Shown: positions 25,886 through 39,577 of the stretch, piece after piece
Numbering within the stretch: the first letter of the stretch is position 1
Layout of the letters: every line of letters begins with the position of its first letter
Made by a program: the position numbers and the translations under genes
The notes under the pieces: model-generated
The model's input: only the letters and a program-made list of their open reading frames with translations
Databases searched by the model: none
Told to the model about the DNA's origin: nothing
Assembly: GCA_038087875.1 (NCBI GenBank)
Contig: CM075977.1
Span: 111,786,001-111,850,000 of the forward strand
Length of the DNA: 64,000 nucleotides
Source: Malacoraja senta
Lineage: Eukaryota
Direction of reading: 5' to 3'

Positions 25886-26618
25886 TGTGAGCCCTGGTTT
25901 TGGACTTCCCCAACATCTGTAACACTTTTCCTGCATCTAGCCAGTCCAATCCTTTAAGAATGCTATATATTTCTTTAAGCCCCCCCCCCCATCCTTCTAA
26001 ATTCCAGCGAATACAAGCTCAGTCGACCACTTATTTCATCATACGTCAGTCCCGCCATCCCAGGAATTAACCTACGCTGCACTCACGCAATAGCAATAAT
26101 GTTATTCCTCAAATTAGGAGAACAAAATTGCACACTATACTCTAGGTGCCGTCACACCAGGGCCCCGTACAACCGCTGTAGGACCTCTTTGCTCCTATGC
26201 ACAAATCCTCTCGCAATGAAGGCCAACATGCCATTAGCTTTCTTCAATGCCTGCTGTACCTGCACACTCACTTGCAGTGACTGTTGGACAAGCACACCCA
26301 GGTCTCGTTGCACCTCCATTTTCCAACTCTGATACCATTACCATATTAATATGCCTCACTGTTCTTGTCACTAAAGTGGATAACCTCACATATATCCACA
26401 TTATACTGCATCTACCAAGCATCTGCCCACTCACCCAACCTATCCAAGTAATTCTGCAGGATCATAGCGACCTCATCGCATCTCACATTACCACCCAGCC
26501 GTGTCATCTGCAAACTTGGAGAACTCTCATTTAATTCCCTTGTCCAAATCGTTAATATATATTGTAAATAACCGTGGTCCCAGCACAGAACCTTGCGGCA
26601 CCCAACTAGTCACTGCAT
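25886..26618 (-). mobile_element. CR1 LINE fragment
   Basis: AVTSWVPQGSVLGPRLFTIYINDLDKGI RT motif. Confidence 0.88.
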
Positions 26619-26640
26619 TCTTTAATTCATCTATTCTATA

Positions 26641-29600
26641 TGTTACGGGTCCCAGGAATGGGCACCTTAAGGCAGATAGATAACCTGTATAAAAGCAGGT
26701 GAGAGATAGCAAATGAGGACACAGTGCGTCTTAATTCATCCCCAAATTGCTTCTGGTTGTTTTATTCAATAATCATGTAAACACAAAACATTGCTCTTAT
26801 CATTACTTCAGTCATCCATTTTATTTCTCCCTAACACCTCCATTTTGTTACAGCTTCACTCACAGACAGTTCTTTCCTATGTTTCCCTTGTACTTGATAC
26901 ACTCTCTATGTGATTTACACACTTGTATTTTTGATTTTACACATCAATAAATATTATTAGGCACTTAATAAACCTTCATTACACATTTCCAGCAACATGC
27001 TAAAAGTTGACATTTGGCCTTTTTACTATGCCATATTCTCATTACAACGTCTGCAACCCCCCACAGGTTATGGAATGACTTGTCAAGAAACATGCCCATG
27101 CTACACGTTATTATAACTTCCAACACAGCACACAGAAACATTAGCAACCAGTAACCCACTAACTTCAACATTCTTAACACTCAAAACAATACAGCAACTT
27201 CACACAACCATATTCAACCCCATAAGTGCATATTTGTGTGGTCCCGACAGTCTACCGACCTGTATAAAAGCAGGTGAGAGATAGCAAATGAGGACACGGT
27301 GCGTCTTAATTCATCCCCAGATTGCTTCTGCCGAGATGGGGGGAAGTGCCCTGCTGTTTCCAGTCCCCACAGCAACTGGAGTGACACAGACGTTCCGCCT
27401 CACTGCTGCACATTATAAACTGCCAATGCACCATCAAATCAATTAAATCGAAGTGGTCACACCGTCTTAGGTGCGCCACACGCTCCCCAACAACAAAAGT
27501 GGCTCCTGACACTTATTTCAAATCGCAAGTTTCCATTGGAAATAATCAACAGTCTTTCACAGACTCAAAATTATTTACAATATTCAAAATCTTCAACTAT
27601 AAAAAAATATATAACTTTAGTTTGATTACATCACCACTGTGCATTCTCAATAACCCTGTACAGTACATGGCAAGTATGAATATTGGACTATAGGTGCACA
27701 CTGGACTGATGGCCTGTACAGTGGGTGAGTATAGGGCATGAGGTACGTGCCAATAGTGTTCACAGCAGGAAATGGTTGATAGGTCGGATGGCCAAGAGAT
27801 GAGTAGGTGAGCCCTTGGACTGGCCGTCTTTCCCTTGTGGACCGTCTCAGTGTAGCAGGGGATCCAGGTTCAGAGTGTGAGAGAGAGTGCTCCTCGAGGT
27901 CTGCATCCGGAGACAACTCTTGCTCGTCCTCCATCTGAGGTACATCGGGGTCCGCCTGCACAATCCTCTCATCTTGTTCAGTGTCATGGGGAATGTCCTG
28001 ACCATCCTCCTGTTGTAGTTCGCCCTCCTCTGTTAAATGCCTTTTCCATTGATACTTTGTCTGTATTCCAGCTTCTGGTGGCCTCAAGTCCATTTCATGT
28101 GATATTTGGACCTCCATCCGTTCTTGACTTCTTCCATGTTTTCCGACTGATATGAATGAATCTTCATCCCTGTGTCGGGTCACTCGAGTGGGTGTTCTTT
28201 GTGCTTGCCCATGTTGGATTCTGGTAGGTTTACTAGGAGTCTGAGCCGGCATTCTCTCAGGCTTAGCTGCTGTCCTTGGCTCAGCCCGACTTAGGGGTAT
28301 CCTCAACCAGTAACCTCCTCCTGACTCATCATCCGAGTCAGATGTCTCTGCATTCTCTGTTCTGTCTCTTATGTCACTCCTTCTCAACTGAGGTTTCCTT
28401 TGCGTTTGTGGCTTTGAAGTTGGTTTGGTCTGCTGCGATGGGAATTCCACTGGTAAATCATTGACCAGTAAAAGCAGGTTTCTATGCAGCGTCCTCAGTC
28501 TCCCTTTACCATCGTTTTCTGGATGAATAACATACACTGGGTTGTCTGAGACTTGTTCCTTCACTACATATATCCTCTTCTCCCAGTAGGAACGTAGTTT
28601 ACCAGGCCCGCCTCGCTCTCCCAGATTTCTAACCAACACTCTATCCCCAGGCTTCAGGACCACTCCTCTCACCTTCTGATCATAGTAGGACTTTCCTTTT
28701 GCACTTGAAGACAGACTGTTGTTGTTAGCAATGCGGTATGCTTCCGCCATCCTTTTTTGCCACTTCTCAACATAACCTTTGTGCGTCAATGGATCTATTT
28801 ATTCAGCCAACCCAAACAAGAGATCCACAGGAAGGCGAGGGTGTCGACCATAGAGAAGATAGTGAGGGGAATAGCCAGTAGACTCATGGCGGGTGCAGTT
28901 ATACGCATGTACAACCTGTGGGAGATGTTCTTTCCATGTCTCCTTTTCTTTGTCTGTCAGAGTTCGCAGCATCTGCAGCAAGGTTCGATTAAATCGCTCT
29001 GCTGGATTACTTTGCGGGTGATATGGGGATGTTCGGGAATGTCCTACTCCAGAGAGCTGGCCAAGGGTTCGAAACAGTTCATTCTCGAATTCACGTCCTT
29101 GGTCATGATGGAGCTTGTTTGGGAATCCGAAACGTGGTACAAAGTCATTGTAAATCCGTTCTGCTGCCGTCCGGCCGGACTTGTTTTTTGTAGGGTAGGC
29201 CTGAGCAAACCTTGTAAAATGGTCAATTACTACTAGGATGTACTCATAACCCCCTTTGCTCTTTTCCAGGTGTAAAAAGTCGATACAAACCATTTCCAGG
29301 GGCGAGTTAGACTTCAGACCGCCCATTGGTGCACGCACATGGACTGTAGGCTTCTTCTGTTTGATGCAACTGCACTTCTTCGTTACATAGTCCTCGACAC
29401 ACCTTTTCATGAAGGGCCAGTAAAACCTCTCCCTGGCGAGGTGAAGAACTCTCTCCATGCCCACATGTCCCATGTTGTCGTGGAGGTGCTTTAATACCAC
29501 GGGTTGGTATTTCAGAGGTAATACTAATTGTTTCCTACTTGTTGTTCTTCGTTACAGCAATCCATCCTCGATGCGCAACCTGCTCCACTCATGCAGAAGC

Positions 29601-32600
29601 TTGCATGCGGTTCCTTTCACAGTCCTTCTCATGTCGTCTGTCAATTTGCTGTTCATCTCTTTGAGCTTTACGATCTCTCCTATCTCGGGATCCTCTCTTT
29701 GAGCCTGGACCAAGTCGTCATGACTAATGCTGTGTAGAGGGGCGCGGGGCTGTAGGACAACATCTTGAGAGGAGACAGCAAGAGCGGCTATCCATGCCAC
29801 ATCTTTCCTCTGGGCTGCTTGACTTCCTTCCCAAGCTGCATTCACTACCTCCTGCGACAACTCCTCTGTGCAAGTTGACATGTACTGGTCAATATCAAGA
29901 GGGACTCGGGACAGAGTATCTGCGTCCGTGTTGACTCTTCCTGGTCTGTATCTGATGTCAAAATGGAAGTCTGACAGTTCTCCCACCCACCGGTGACCAA
30001 CCGCATTGAGTTTGGCAGTGCTCATGATGTAAGTAAGTGGGTTGTTGTCAGTGAAGATGGTAAAGTGTGGAGCATAATAGAGGTAGTCCCTAAATTTCTC
30101 GCACACTGCCCACTTAAGTGCAAGGAACTCCAACTTGCTACTATGCATATGCTAGTTCCTCTCTGCAGCTGTCAAAGTCCGTGACCCATACCCAATGACT
30201 CGCAGCTTTCCTTCCTGTTGCTGGTAGAGAACAGCTCCTAGACCTTGCTCTGATGCATCGGTATGCAAGACAAAAGGCGTGTCGAAGTTAGGGTATGCCA
30301 AAACCGGTGGATGTGTCAACATGTCAATCAGTCTCTCGAGTACACTTTGATGTTCAGCAGTCCACTGTGTGGGTGCCCTTGATGACAGTTGGGGTCCCTT
30401 GGCTTTACCTTGTCGAGACTGGACTTGATTTGAGGATTTCCCTTGGAGCATCTCATACAATGGCTTTGCTATCTTTGAGAAGTTTTGAACGTACGACCTG
30501 TAGTAACTGAGAAAGCCGAGAACCCTTCTCAAATCACCTACGGTCTGTGGTGTTTTGTCTTTCAAAGCCAGCACAGCATTCAGGTCCTTGGGATCAACTC
30601 GAATACCGTCAGCAGAGACAAGGCGGCCAACATAGCGAACTTCTTGCTTGAACAACTCACACTTTTCAGATCGGAGCTTTACCCCTTGATGTTGCAAAGC
30701 TTGGAGAACCTTGCGGGCCACTTCCACGTGATCTTCAAACGACCGCGAGTAGCAGAGGATGTCATCGAGGTAGGGTATACAGCACTCATCCCTCAGAGAA
30801 CTCAACATCTCCTCCATACTTCTCTGGAATGCTGCTGGCGCGTTTGATAGGCCAAACGGGATCCTTACCCTCTCATAAAACCCCCAGGGTGTGATGAAAG
30901 CAGTGAGATGACGTGAACTTTCAGCCACGAACCCCTGGTGGTAAGGCTTACCCTGGTCAAGGATGCTAAACCATGAGTAACCACCCAAGGTGTCCAGCAA
31001 GTCGCGTATTCGAGGCAGTGGGTGTCTATCCGGCACCGTTTTCTGATTCAATAGACGATAATCTATGCAGAGGCGCAGTGTACCGTCTTTCTTCCGCACA
31101 CACACTACTGGAGCGGCATAGGAGGACCTAGATTTCACAATCCATCCCTTGACAAGGAGGTCTTGAACATATTCCTTTACCTCTCTCAACAGCGGTTTTG
31201 GTATGGATGTGTACGCTCTCTGCACAGGAATGTCATCTTTCAGATTTATCACCATTTGCAGGCTTGGGTTGCATCCAATATCATTCTCATCTTTGGCAAA
31301 GGCTTTAGACTCCTCAAATAACATTTTCCTGACAACCTCTTGCTGATTTTCCTCCAGGTGATCAAGGTTCACGGGCGGATGCCACAGTGATGGAGTTGGT
31401 TGAGGAAGTTGAGAGGTGACCTCGTTGACTGTTGTCGTGGATGCCACTTTTCTGGGAGGGTCAGCTTCCACAACCCTTTCAATATGTTGTAAGGTGCCCA
31501 GGGCTGTCTTACGTGGCAAAATAATGTCATGGCTGGTGTTGTTGCCAACAGCAATGGTGACATATGGGTTTAAAGGATTCTGCATTTCAACCAAACCTGC
31601 TCCTAGATCTAGCTGATCCAACGGCTGACTGCCTTCGTCTGATTCGAACAACACCAGATGGCCATAGGAGTTCATGGTTGGGGGAACCCGGCATCTCACC
31701 CAGCTGACTTGTCCAGCTGGAACGACCACGTCCTTTCCACCAGTTCTTAGGCGTCCTTGTGGCATGCTTGGCTCCACTGTCTGAATAAAACTCACCACTG
31801 CTTCTGCCTTCTCACTTGAAACACTGATGGCATTCTGAAACAACTGTATCAGAGTAGGTACTAACCTCTCTGGCTGTCCTTCAACAAGCTGCTCCAGAAC
31901 ATTAAAACCAATCAACGGTCTTTCCATGGTCAAGCTACTGACTAAAAATGGGACACTGATGGCCAGACTTGGGTCCTCATTCCCAGGTAGGTTGGTCATT
32001 ATAGGAACCCATCCATCAAAAGGAATGAGCCCTCCGTTGACTGCATAAACCTTTAGCTCATCCAGTTCGTCAATGATCTCAGACATTGGTCGAATGTTTA
32101 GGTCAGGGAGGTGTAGATCTTTCCAGGCACGGCTGATAATACTAACTTGTGCGCCTGAGTCAAGCAATGCAGTTACCGCCAAACCACTTAGATTACATTG
32201 CATCAGAGCCTTCTTTCCTATCATGTTGGCGACAGCTTTACGTTTGGTACATTGTGGTTCAAAAGAGAACTGAGAAGATGAATTGCTTTGTTTGTCATTG
32301 TACTGTGTGCTCGCTACTTCTGAAGTAGTGGACCAAGGAAGATCTGTATTATTGTCATCACAATCAGTTTGAGTTTGGGGACGTTTCTCAGATCCGATCA
32401 CTGGGCGCCCCCCTGCAGCGACCGGTTCAAGTTTCCCTGAAGCTCTGTGGCCTTCCTCCCCACATGAGAAACAATGGTTACAATCTGGGCGGTTTTGTTC
32501 AACACATTTTGGACAACCGTATGGTCTATCTCTCGTGGGTCTCGTTTTATTTTGAGAATATTGGTTCCTCACATCTGTTGGTTGTGACTTAATTTGTCGT

Positions 32601-34988
32601 TTCACGGCCTCAATCATACTTGTGAGCTCATCTACTTTGGCTGTAAGCTCTTTAATTGGGTCTGTCTTTACTTTTGGCGCCGCGCTCTCTTGCTTGCTGC
32701 ACTGTTCTTTTGCTGTATTCGGTTCAAACTGTGCACCATGTGCATGTACTGCAGCCTGCCGACGAAAAGGACCTATCCTCTTTTGTCTCTCACTTTCTTC
32801 ACTGGTGATTCTCATTACCTGGCGCAGTATTGTCTCATCACTTACTTCACCACTGGACAAGAGAGGTTTTATTTCTCTGCGTAGGTCACTGTGTTTGTAG
32901 CCTAATCCCTGGTAAACTGTATGTAGGAAGCCATCTTGAACAGTAGCTGCACTGTATTTGATGCCTGCGTCTGACAGTTTTGATGTGAATAGGACACGTT
33001 GCTTCAAACCTATGACACGATAGAGGAATTGTTGTGGTGTCTCGTTCTCCTCCTGCTTGGCACATATTAACTCTTGGAATAACTCTGTACTGCTTTTTTC
33101 TCTTAAGTGAGCCTGGAGAAATCCCTTGAGTTCCATCACAGTCAAGTCATCCTTGTTGATTAGCATCTCTTTAAAAATTCCAGGTTTTATTATCCGGAGC
33201 ACACCACGAAGTATCTCTGCATCATGGAAGCCTTCTTTGATCCCTTCCTTTATTTGCTTACAGACATTGTTATAACTGATGTCTGACGAATGATCACCAA
33301 CCTGGCCCCCTTGTACCTTAAACTCCCTTCTCTGGAGGTAGGAGAGATCTCTTATGGAAATCATCCCCTCCCGAATGGGTTGGACAACTGTCGGGTTGTG
33401 GTATGATGAGTCACGTCGAGACTTATTAGCCTGTGCTGCTAATGGCGGTGAGTCTTCTGATGACTGAGTTGTCTGTATCATAATGCTTTGTTTCAGCCTT
33501 TTACCAAGCTCCTCATAGCTAGTGAGCATTGCCAGTAACTCTGCGTTTGTGTAGTCAGATACAGCAGTAGGTAGTACTGGGTCAGTTGTGAAAGCATCAC
33601 TGTTTGGCAAAGTAGAACTGACTTGGAACATTTGGTTAGTAGTATCTCCATGAGCACCTATGGGTTGTATTTCTAGCTCTGGCAAACCCAAAACATTTCG
33701 GGTCTTTACAATATCATCAATAGCATCTTTCAAACCCAACAATTCAGACATTCCCCTGTCTTCTGACTCTAACAAATGCGTACTGTACATGAATGAACTG
33801 ATTTTATCGAAGCAGCCTTCATGGTCTCCTTCATGGAGTTCAGACAAGTCCCCATCTGACGTTGAACCCACCTCTTTGGCGATGTGAAAGAGCTTTGCAG
33901 CTGACAAGGTGAGCAGTGACTTCTAATGTCCCACACTAGGCTCTTCCTCCCACTCTCTGACATGGCAGCAGCTTTTCACCGTCTTTCACGATGGATCATA
34001 GTTCAGCAATGGCCCAGTCTCTACTCCGATTCACCGCTCTCGGCACTCAGCTCGAATCAGCCCTGTCTCGGTCTCAGGTGTCTTTTGTTGGTCAGCTCCA
34101 GCTCCAACCAGGAAGTGGCGCCGATCCCGGAACGAGCCCCCATGATCTGTTACGGGTCCCAGGAATGGGCACCGTAAGGCAGATAGATAACCTGTATAAA
34201 AGCAGGTGAGAGATAGCAAATGAGGACACGGTGCGTCTTAATTCATCCCCAGATTGCTTCTGGTTGTTTTATTCAATAATCATGTAAACACAAAACATTG
34301 CTCTTATCATTACTTCAGTCATCCATTTTATTTCTCCTTAACACCTCCATTTTGTTACAGCTTCACTCACAGCCAGTTTTTTCCTATGTTTCCCTTGTAC
34401 TTGATACACTCTCTATGTGATATACACACTTGTATTTTTGATTTTACACATCAATAAATATTATTAGGCACTTAATAAACCTTCATTACACATTTCCAGC
34501 AACATGCTAAAAGTTGACATTTGGCCTTTTTGCTATGCCATATTCTCATTACAACGTCTGCAACCCCCCCACAGGTTATGGAATGACTTGTCAAGAAACA
34601 TACCCATGCTACACGTTATTATAACTTCCAACACAGCACACAGAAACATTAGCAACCAGTAACCCACTAACTTCAACATTCTTAACACTCAAAACAATAC
34701 AGCAACTTCACACAACCATATTCAACCCCATAAGTGCATATTTGTGTGGTCCCGACAGTCTACCGACCTGTATAAAAGCAGGTGAGAGATAGCAAATGAG
34801 GACACGGTGCGTCTTAATTCATCCCCAGATTGCTTCTGCCGAGATGGGGGGAAGTGCCCTGCTGTTTCCAGTCCCCACAGCAACTGGATTGACACAGACG
34901 TTCCGCCTCACTGCTGCACATTATAAACTGCCAATGCACCATCAAATCAATTAAATCGAAGTGGTCACACCGTCTTAGGTGCGCCACA
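26641..34988 (-). mobile_element. Full-length Gypsy/Ty3 LTR retrotransposon
   Basis: ~840-bp near-identical LTRs at 26641-27480 and 34148-34988 (TGT..ACA). 4-bp TSD TATA; tRNA-Pro-type PBS TGGGGGCTCGTTCCGGGAT (34124-34142); PPT TTGGGGAGCG. Confidence 0.97.
27647..33963 (-). CDS. Gypsy gag-pol polyprotein (a few stops and frameshifts)
   Basis: The 1251-aa ORF 30152-33907 has [22 protein letters not shown] and TDAS. It continues in 29552-30148 (RH), 28799-29500 (IN: [16 protein letters not shown]) and 27647-28789 (GPY-like region and long tail). Confidence 0.92.
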
Positions 34989-35599
34989 TATATCTCCCTA
35001 CATCACTGTCTGTATATCTCTTTTCCATTTCCTCGGACTCTCCAGTCTGAAGAAGGGACTCGACCTGAAACGTCACCTATTCCTTTTCCACAGAGATGCT
35101 GTCTCACCCGCTGAGTTACTGGAAGCTTTTTGTGTCTATATTCGATCCTCAGTACGACATTAGGTTAAAAATAAAACGCATGGCGACCAGCACAATGCAT
35201 GCCTCTCCTCGAGACTTCTCATCAGACCCATTGCTAAAGGCAGTAATACATCTTTACACAAGAGTCAAGGCCCCACCACGGCCTCACCACGGTTGCGAGC
35301 TATTTTCAATGACACGTACATCAATTCCCCTTTGAACTCTAACACTACCAAATTTCTCTTGCATCGCCAATAACCATCCACGCCCATTATGTGCGCCGCT
35401 GAAGCATCTCGACATCCTTCGCCCCACCAACATACCAACACCTCAGTTGTTTTTGCATAGGGAGGCTAGATATCGGCCGCATGGTTGTAATAGCTGGCCC
35501 CAAACTCTGAGCTCTGTGACATCTCATCACTCTTACCCTGGCAACCAGAGCAAGTTCAGTCAGTGCTGCTGTTTCCTCTCTGAACTTCTGCACATTGAT

Positions 35600-36180
35600 A
35601 TTAGAGTAAGAGTGTGGAAACAGATCCTTCGGCCCTCCGAGGTCGTACCCAGCGATCACCTCGTACACTTACACTATCCTACACATTAGGGACAACGTCA
35701 AATTTACAGAAACCATTTCATCTACCAAACTGTACATCTTTGGAATGTATTGGAATGGAATGGGATGGAATGGAATGGAATGGAATGGATGCTTCATTGT
35801 CACATGTGAGAAGGCATGGTGAAATTCTTGCTTGCATACCAAGGGTATGCGAATAGTCGCCACATCCGGCGCCAAAAAAGTTACAATGTATTCCCGCCGA
35901 CTCCTGATTTCTTCTTCCCTTTTCTCTTACCCTACCACTCTCCGGGTCCTCTATTGTTCATCCCCCCCACCACCAACTCCCAGTGGTCACTCCACTCCAG
36001 GTCCTCCATTGTTATTTTTTCCCCCTCTCCCTCATCGAGAGTGGGAAGAAAGTGGATCGCACGGAGAAAACCCATGTGACCACAGAGGGAACGCACAAAC
36101 TCCTTATAGACGACACCCGTAGTTAGGATCGAACAAGGGTCTCTGGCGCTATAAGGGAGCAGCTCTACCGCTGCGCCATT
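35600..36180 (-). mobile_element. tRNA-derived SINE interrupted by a (TGGAA)n-tailed insertion
   Basis: The minus strand starts TGGCGCAGCGGTAGAG..GTTCGATCC; (TGGAA)n at 35751-35790. Confidence 0.7.
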
Positions 36181-36469
36181 GAGCTTCCCTGCCAAAAGAC
36201 TGATGGGCAATGATCATATTGCGATTATTTTCCTGGCACGCAGGTTGAGACTTAAGAAAACACCAATCGAATGCCAGTATGCGGACGAGAACAAACAAAT
36301 TAGATTTCTTTAATGTAGAGCAGCCCACATTGTTGGCACCGAACACGGTAAATTAGACTGGAAGAAATACAGTTGCGACGCCATTTTACTTGGAAGGTAT
36401 TTTTATCATGGGTTGTCGAAATGGAGGGCGGACGAGAACAGATGATGTACAGTGAAACTGGAATAAGGG

Positions 36470-36735
36470 CAGAGCGATTCTCTCAAGTCCCTCGGGGAAA
36501 TATCGACGATCAACAATGCCATTGATTCTACATGAGCAAAAATGCTTTCTGGGCCACTGCTGGCAATCAAACAACAGTGGCAGCATCAGTTAACGGGAGA
36601 ACACATCCCAACCAGTGAAATTCAGAGGAAAGTGGGAGGGGCTTTCACATCAGGCTCAGAAAGCAGAAATATTGTCGCACTGGAGATTCGTGGTCTGAGA
36701 ATTCAACAGGGCACCATATATTCGTATCAATGGGC
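36470..36735 (+). pseudogene. Possible highly eroded NAR-TCR-type V relic
   Basis: ORF 36542-36901 contains QRKVGGAF..VALEIRGLRIQQGTIYSYQ, resembling QRVIVGGPC..ITLEIRDMRVGDSANYQCQ at 55860-55980. Cysteines are lost. Confidence 0.35.
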
Positions 36736-37552
36736 GAAAATCCTTGGCGTGCTAATTCAACATGGAGGTCGTCAGCAGTATTACAATTGGGTTGGATTGT
36801 GTTTGGACTGTGTTGGATTATACAGGCAATGCAAACTAAAAAATAAGAGTCGCGGACGTAAGGGAAATAGAGAAAGTCTCCTTATCAACGGAAAGCGTTA
36901 ATCAAACTTTGTGGCACTTCCTGAAAGTTTGATCACACAGGAATTTGGGATTTGATGTAACAGTCAGTTCGGCCGTAATTTGACTGACGAAAGGTACGGG
37001 TTTATAAAATTGCACTAATATAATGGTGTTACTAATTCTCCCGCATGTGGTCTTGCGCGATATAAATTAACGTCGAAATGATGCTCGGTTTAGAATGCAT
37101 AATGCATTACGTTGTCGGCCAGCGTAATTGAACACCAATCGTAACATCCACTCTGACAACGACAACCGAGGCTCACCAGTAGTGGAGGCTTGTCACTTCT
37201 AGATGCCTGAAACTTGAGGTCGAAGGTTAGATCAATCACAGCGGAAGCTCGGCACAGACTTTTTCCTTTTCACTTAGTATGGCTGTGTGGTAACTCACAT
37301 TTCACTGTACCTGAATTGGGACATGTGACTGTAAATTCACATTGACACCTTGAATATTAGGGCACGCTTTCAGGAAAGAAAGGAAAGCTGTACGTTATTT
37401 TACAATGATGCCTTTTCTCCCAGTGCTCTGCACTGCCGTTGTTTTTCAGAAGTCACGGGCGTTGAGGAGATCAGCGTAGCTAACAAAAAAGGGCCATGAA
37501 CCTGAAGCGTTTGAGAGACAATATCTTGTGTGCAGGGACAGCTTCGACATAT

Positions 37553-37624
37553 TCCCCGGAGGTCTCGTGGTTAGGTTTCGGCGCTTTCACCGCCGCGGCC
37601 CGGGTTCGGTTCCCGGTCAGGGAA
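37553..37624 (+). tRNA. trnE-TTC: tRNA-Glu(TTC), probably a pseudogene
   Basis: 72-nt match to vertebrate tRNA-Glu with anticodon TTC and a downstream TTTT terminator. It has substitutions at the invariant U8, A14 and A58 positions and an acceptor-stem mismatch. Confidence 0.85.
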
Positions 37625-38589
37625 ACACTCTTTTGCCATTCATATAACTGGAAAGGTCCCACATTGAGCAACGCCTGCGACGGTCTGCAGAAGATGCCAT
37701 TGTAAACACAGGAGGTGCAAATATATGATATTTCACCTTCTCCATTTCGACAATCCATAATAAAAACACATTGCAAATAAAATGTCAACGCAATTCTATG
37801 TCTTCCAGTCTAATTTACTGTGTTCGGTGCAAACAATGTTGTCTGCTCTACATTAAGTAAACCGAATTATTTTGTTTGCAGAACACATCCCTTTAGAGCG
37901 TAGGAGTAATCCTCAGCTTCCTGTTACGTGCCACTTTTATTATCTTCTCGATCCACTTTTGCCCTCTTCCCTCTATCCTTTAGAAACAAAGTGCAAGATA
38001 AGATCGAAGATCGATACGTCACCTTCCGGTGGGCACAGTTCAGTCTTCCGGTCTCAATATCCAAGTCTCAAATTTTGCAAACCAACGCCTCCTTTCCGTT
38101 TGGTTAATAACTCGGCTGTTCCACCCAAAGATAGTTCCACCTGCCATGATCACTCTAATGTCTCGTAATAATATTATTCATTTCTAAAGGTGAGCTGTCA
38201 GTCTTGCACGCTCCAGAGATAAATTAATCCCAACCTATCCAGTCTGTCACAATTGAAATTCTTCAGTCCTGATAAAATCCTTGTTGAATATATTCTGCCG
38301 CTTTACACTTAATTTTATTCTTCCTAAGATATTCTGACCTAGACAATATTCCACACACCGTTTCACCAACGTCCTGTTTTGAATATTAAGCGCTCAATTT
38401 CCCTTGATGTCAAGCAGCTCCGTCGGTGCTCCGTGATGAATGTTTGGCGTTTAAAAAAAATTAAACTCTATTTGAAATCGGCTGGGTGCGACCACTGTTG
38501 CAAAATAATCACAAAACAGAAACTGAATGAGGGGAGGGTTATCCTATCTTCCCCACTCAGATAGACTCACATTGATTGCAAACATGTTC

Positions 38590-39230
38590 GGCATCAACGA
38601 GATGGAGTACACTGTATAGTGAAAGGCTTGGATGCAGTGGATGTGGAGAGGATGTTTCCACCAGTGGGGGAGTCTGGGACTAGAGGCCATAGCAACAGAA
38701 TTGAAGGACGTACTTTTAGAAAGGAGATGAGGAGGAGATTTATTTGTCAGGAGTTGGTGAATCTGTGGAATTCTTTGCCTTAAAAGGCTGCGGAGGCCAA
38801 GTGTGGATATTTTAAAGGCCTAAATAGATAGATAGATTTTTGATTAACAAAGAAAACGTAGAAAAGAGGTGCAGGAGGAGGCCATTTGGCCCTTCCAGAC
38901 TGCACGCGAGTCAGAGTTTATGGGTAGAATGTTGCAGTTGTATAAGACGTTGGTGAGACTGCATTTAGTATATTTTGTTAAGTTTGGGTATCATATATTG
39001 TCAAATATATTGTCAAGCTTGAAAGGATTCAGAAAAGGTTTACGAGGATTTTGCCAGGGGGATGTAAGGTATAGGGAGAGGTGGAGTAGGCTGTGTCTCT
39101 ATTCCATGGAACGAAAGTGGATCAGCGGTGATCCGATAGAGGTGTACAAAATCATGAGGAGGATAGATCGGTTAGATGCGCAAAGTCTCATTCAAGAATA
39201 GGTGCATCGAGGACCAGAGGACACAGGATT
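38590..39230 (+). mobile_element. CR1 LINE fragments
   Basis: MLQLYKTLVRLHL..YSMERK..IEVYKIMRRIDR. The paralogous fragment is at 60790-61100 plus 62320-62360. Confidence 0.85.
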
Positions 39231-39393
39231 CCCCCTGAAGAATGTAAATAACAAAACTCACAAGAACCTTTCTACTTTATTTTTCAACAGTGCCACGTTG
39301 AAACACCTGGGATGAAATTGATAATGGGTAGATGTAAATGGATTGGGTTAGTGTCTGGGAACTGTAGTTCAAGGTCTCAAAATAAACTAAGTA

Positions 39394-39577
39394 TAGATAC
39401 AAAAAGCTGGAGTAACTAAGCGGGACCGGCAGCAACTCTGGAGAGAAGGAATGGGTGGCGTTTCTATTCGAGTCCTTCTTCAGTCTGAAGAAGGGGGTCT
39501 CGATCCGAAATGTCACCCATTCCTTCTCTCCAGATATGCTGCATGTCCCGCTGTGTTACTCCAGCATTTTGTGACTA
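39394..39577. repeat. ~180-bp fold-back (inverted pair of Penelope-terminus repeats)
   Basis: Centre CTTCTTCAG-T-CTGAAGAAG at 39484; arms GCTGGAGTAAC..GGAGAGAAGGAATGGGTG / CACCCATTCCTTCTCTCC..GTTACTCCAGC. Confidence 0.85.

Noticed and set aside
27647-28789. 380-aa ORF as a retroviral env gene
   Set aside because: It begins with integrase C-terminal sequence and has no signal peptide or TM segment.
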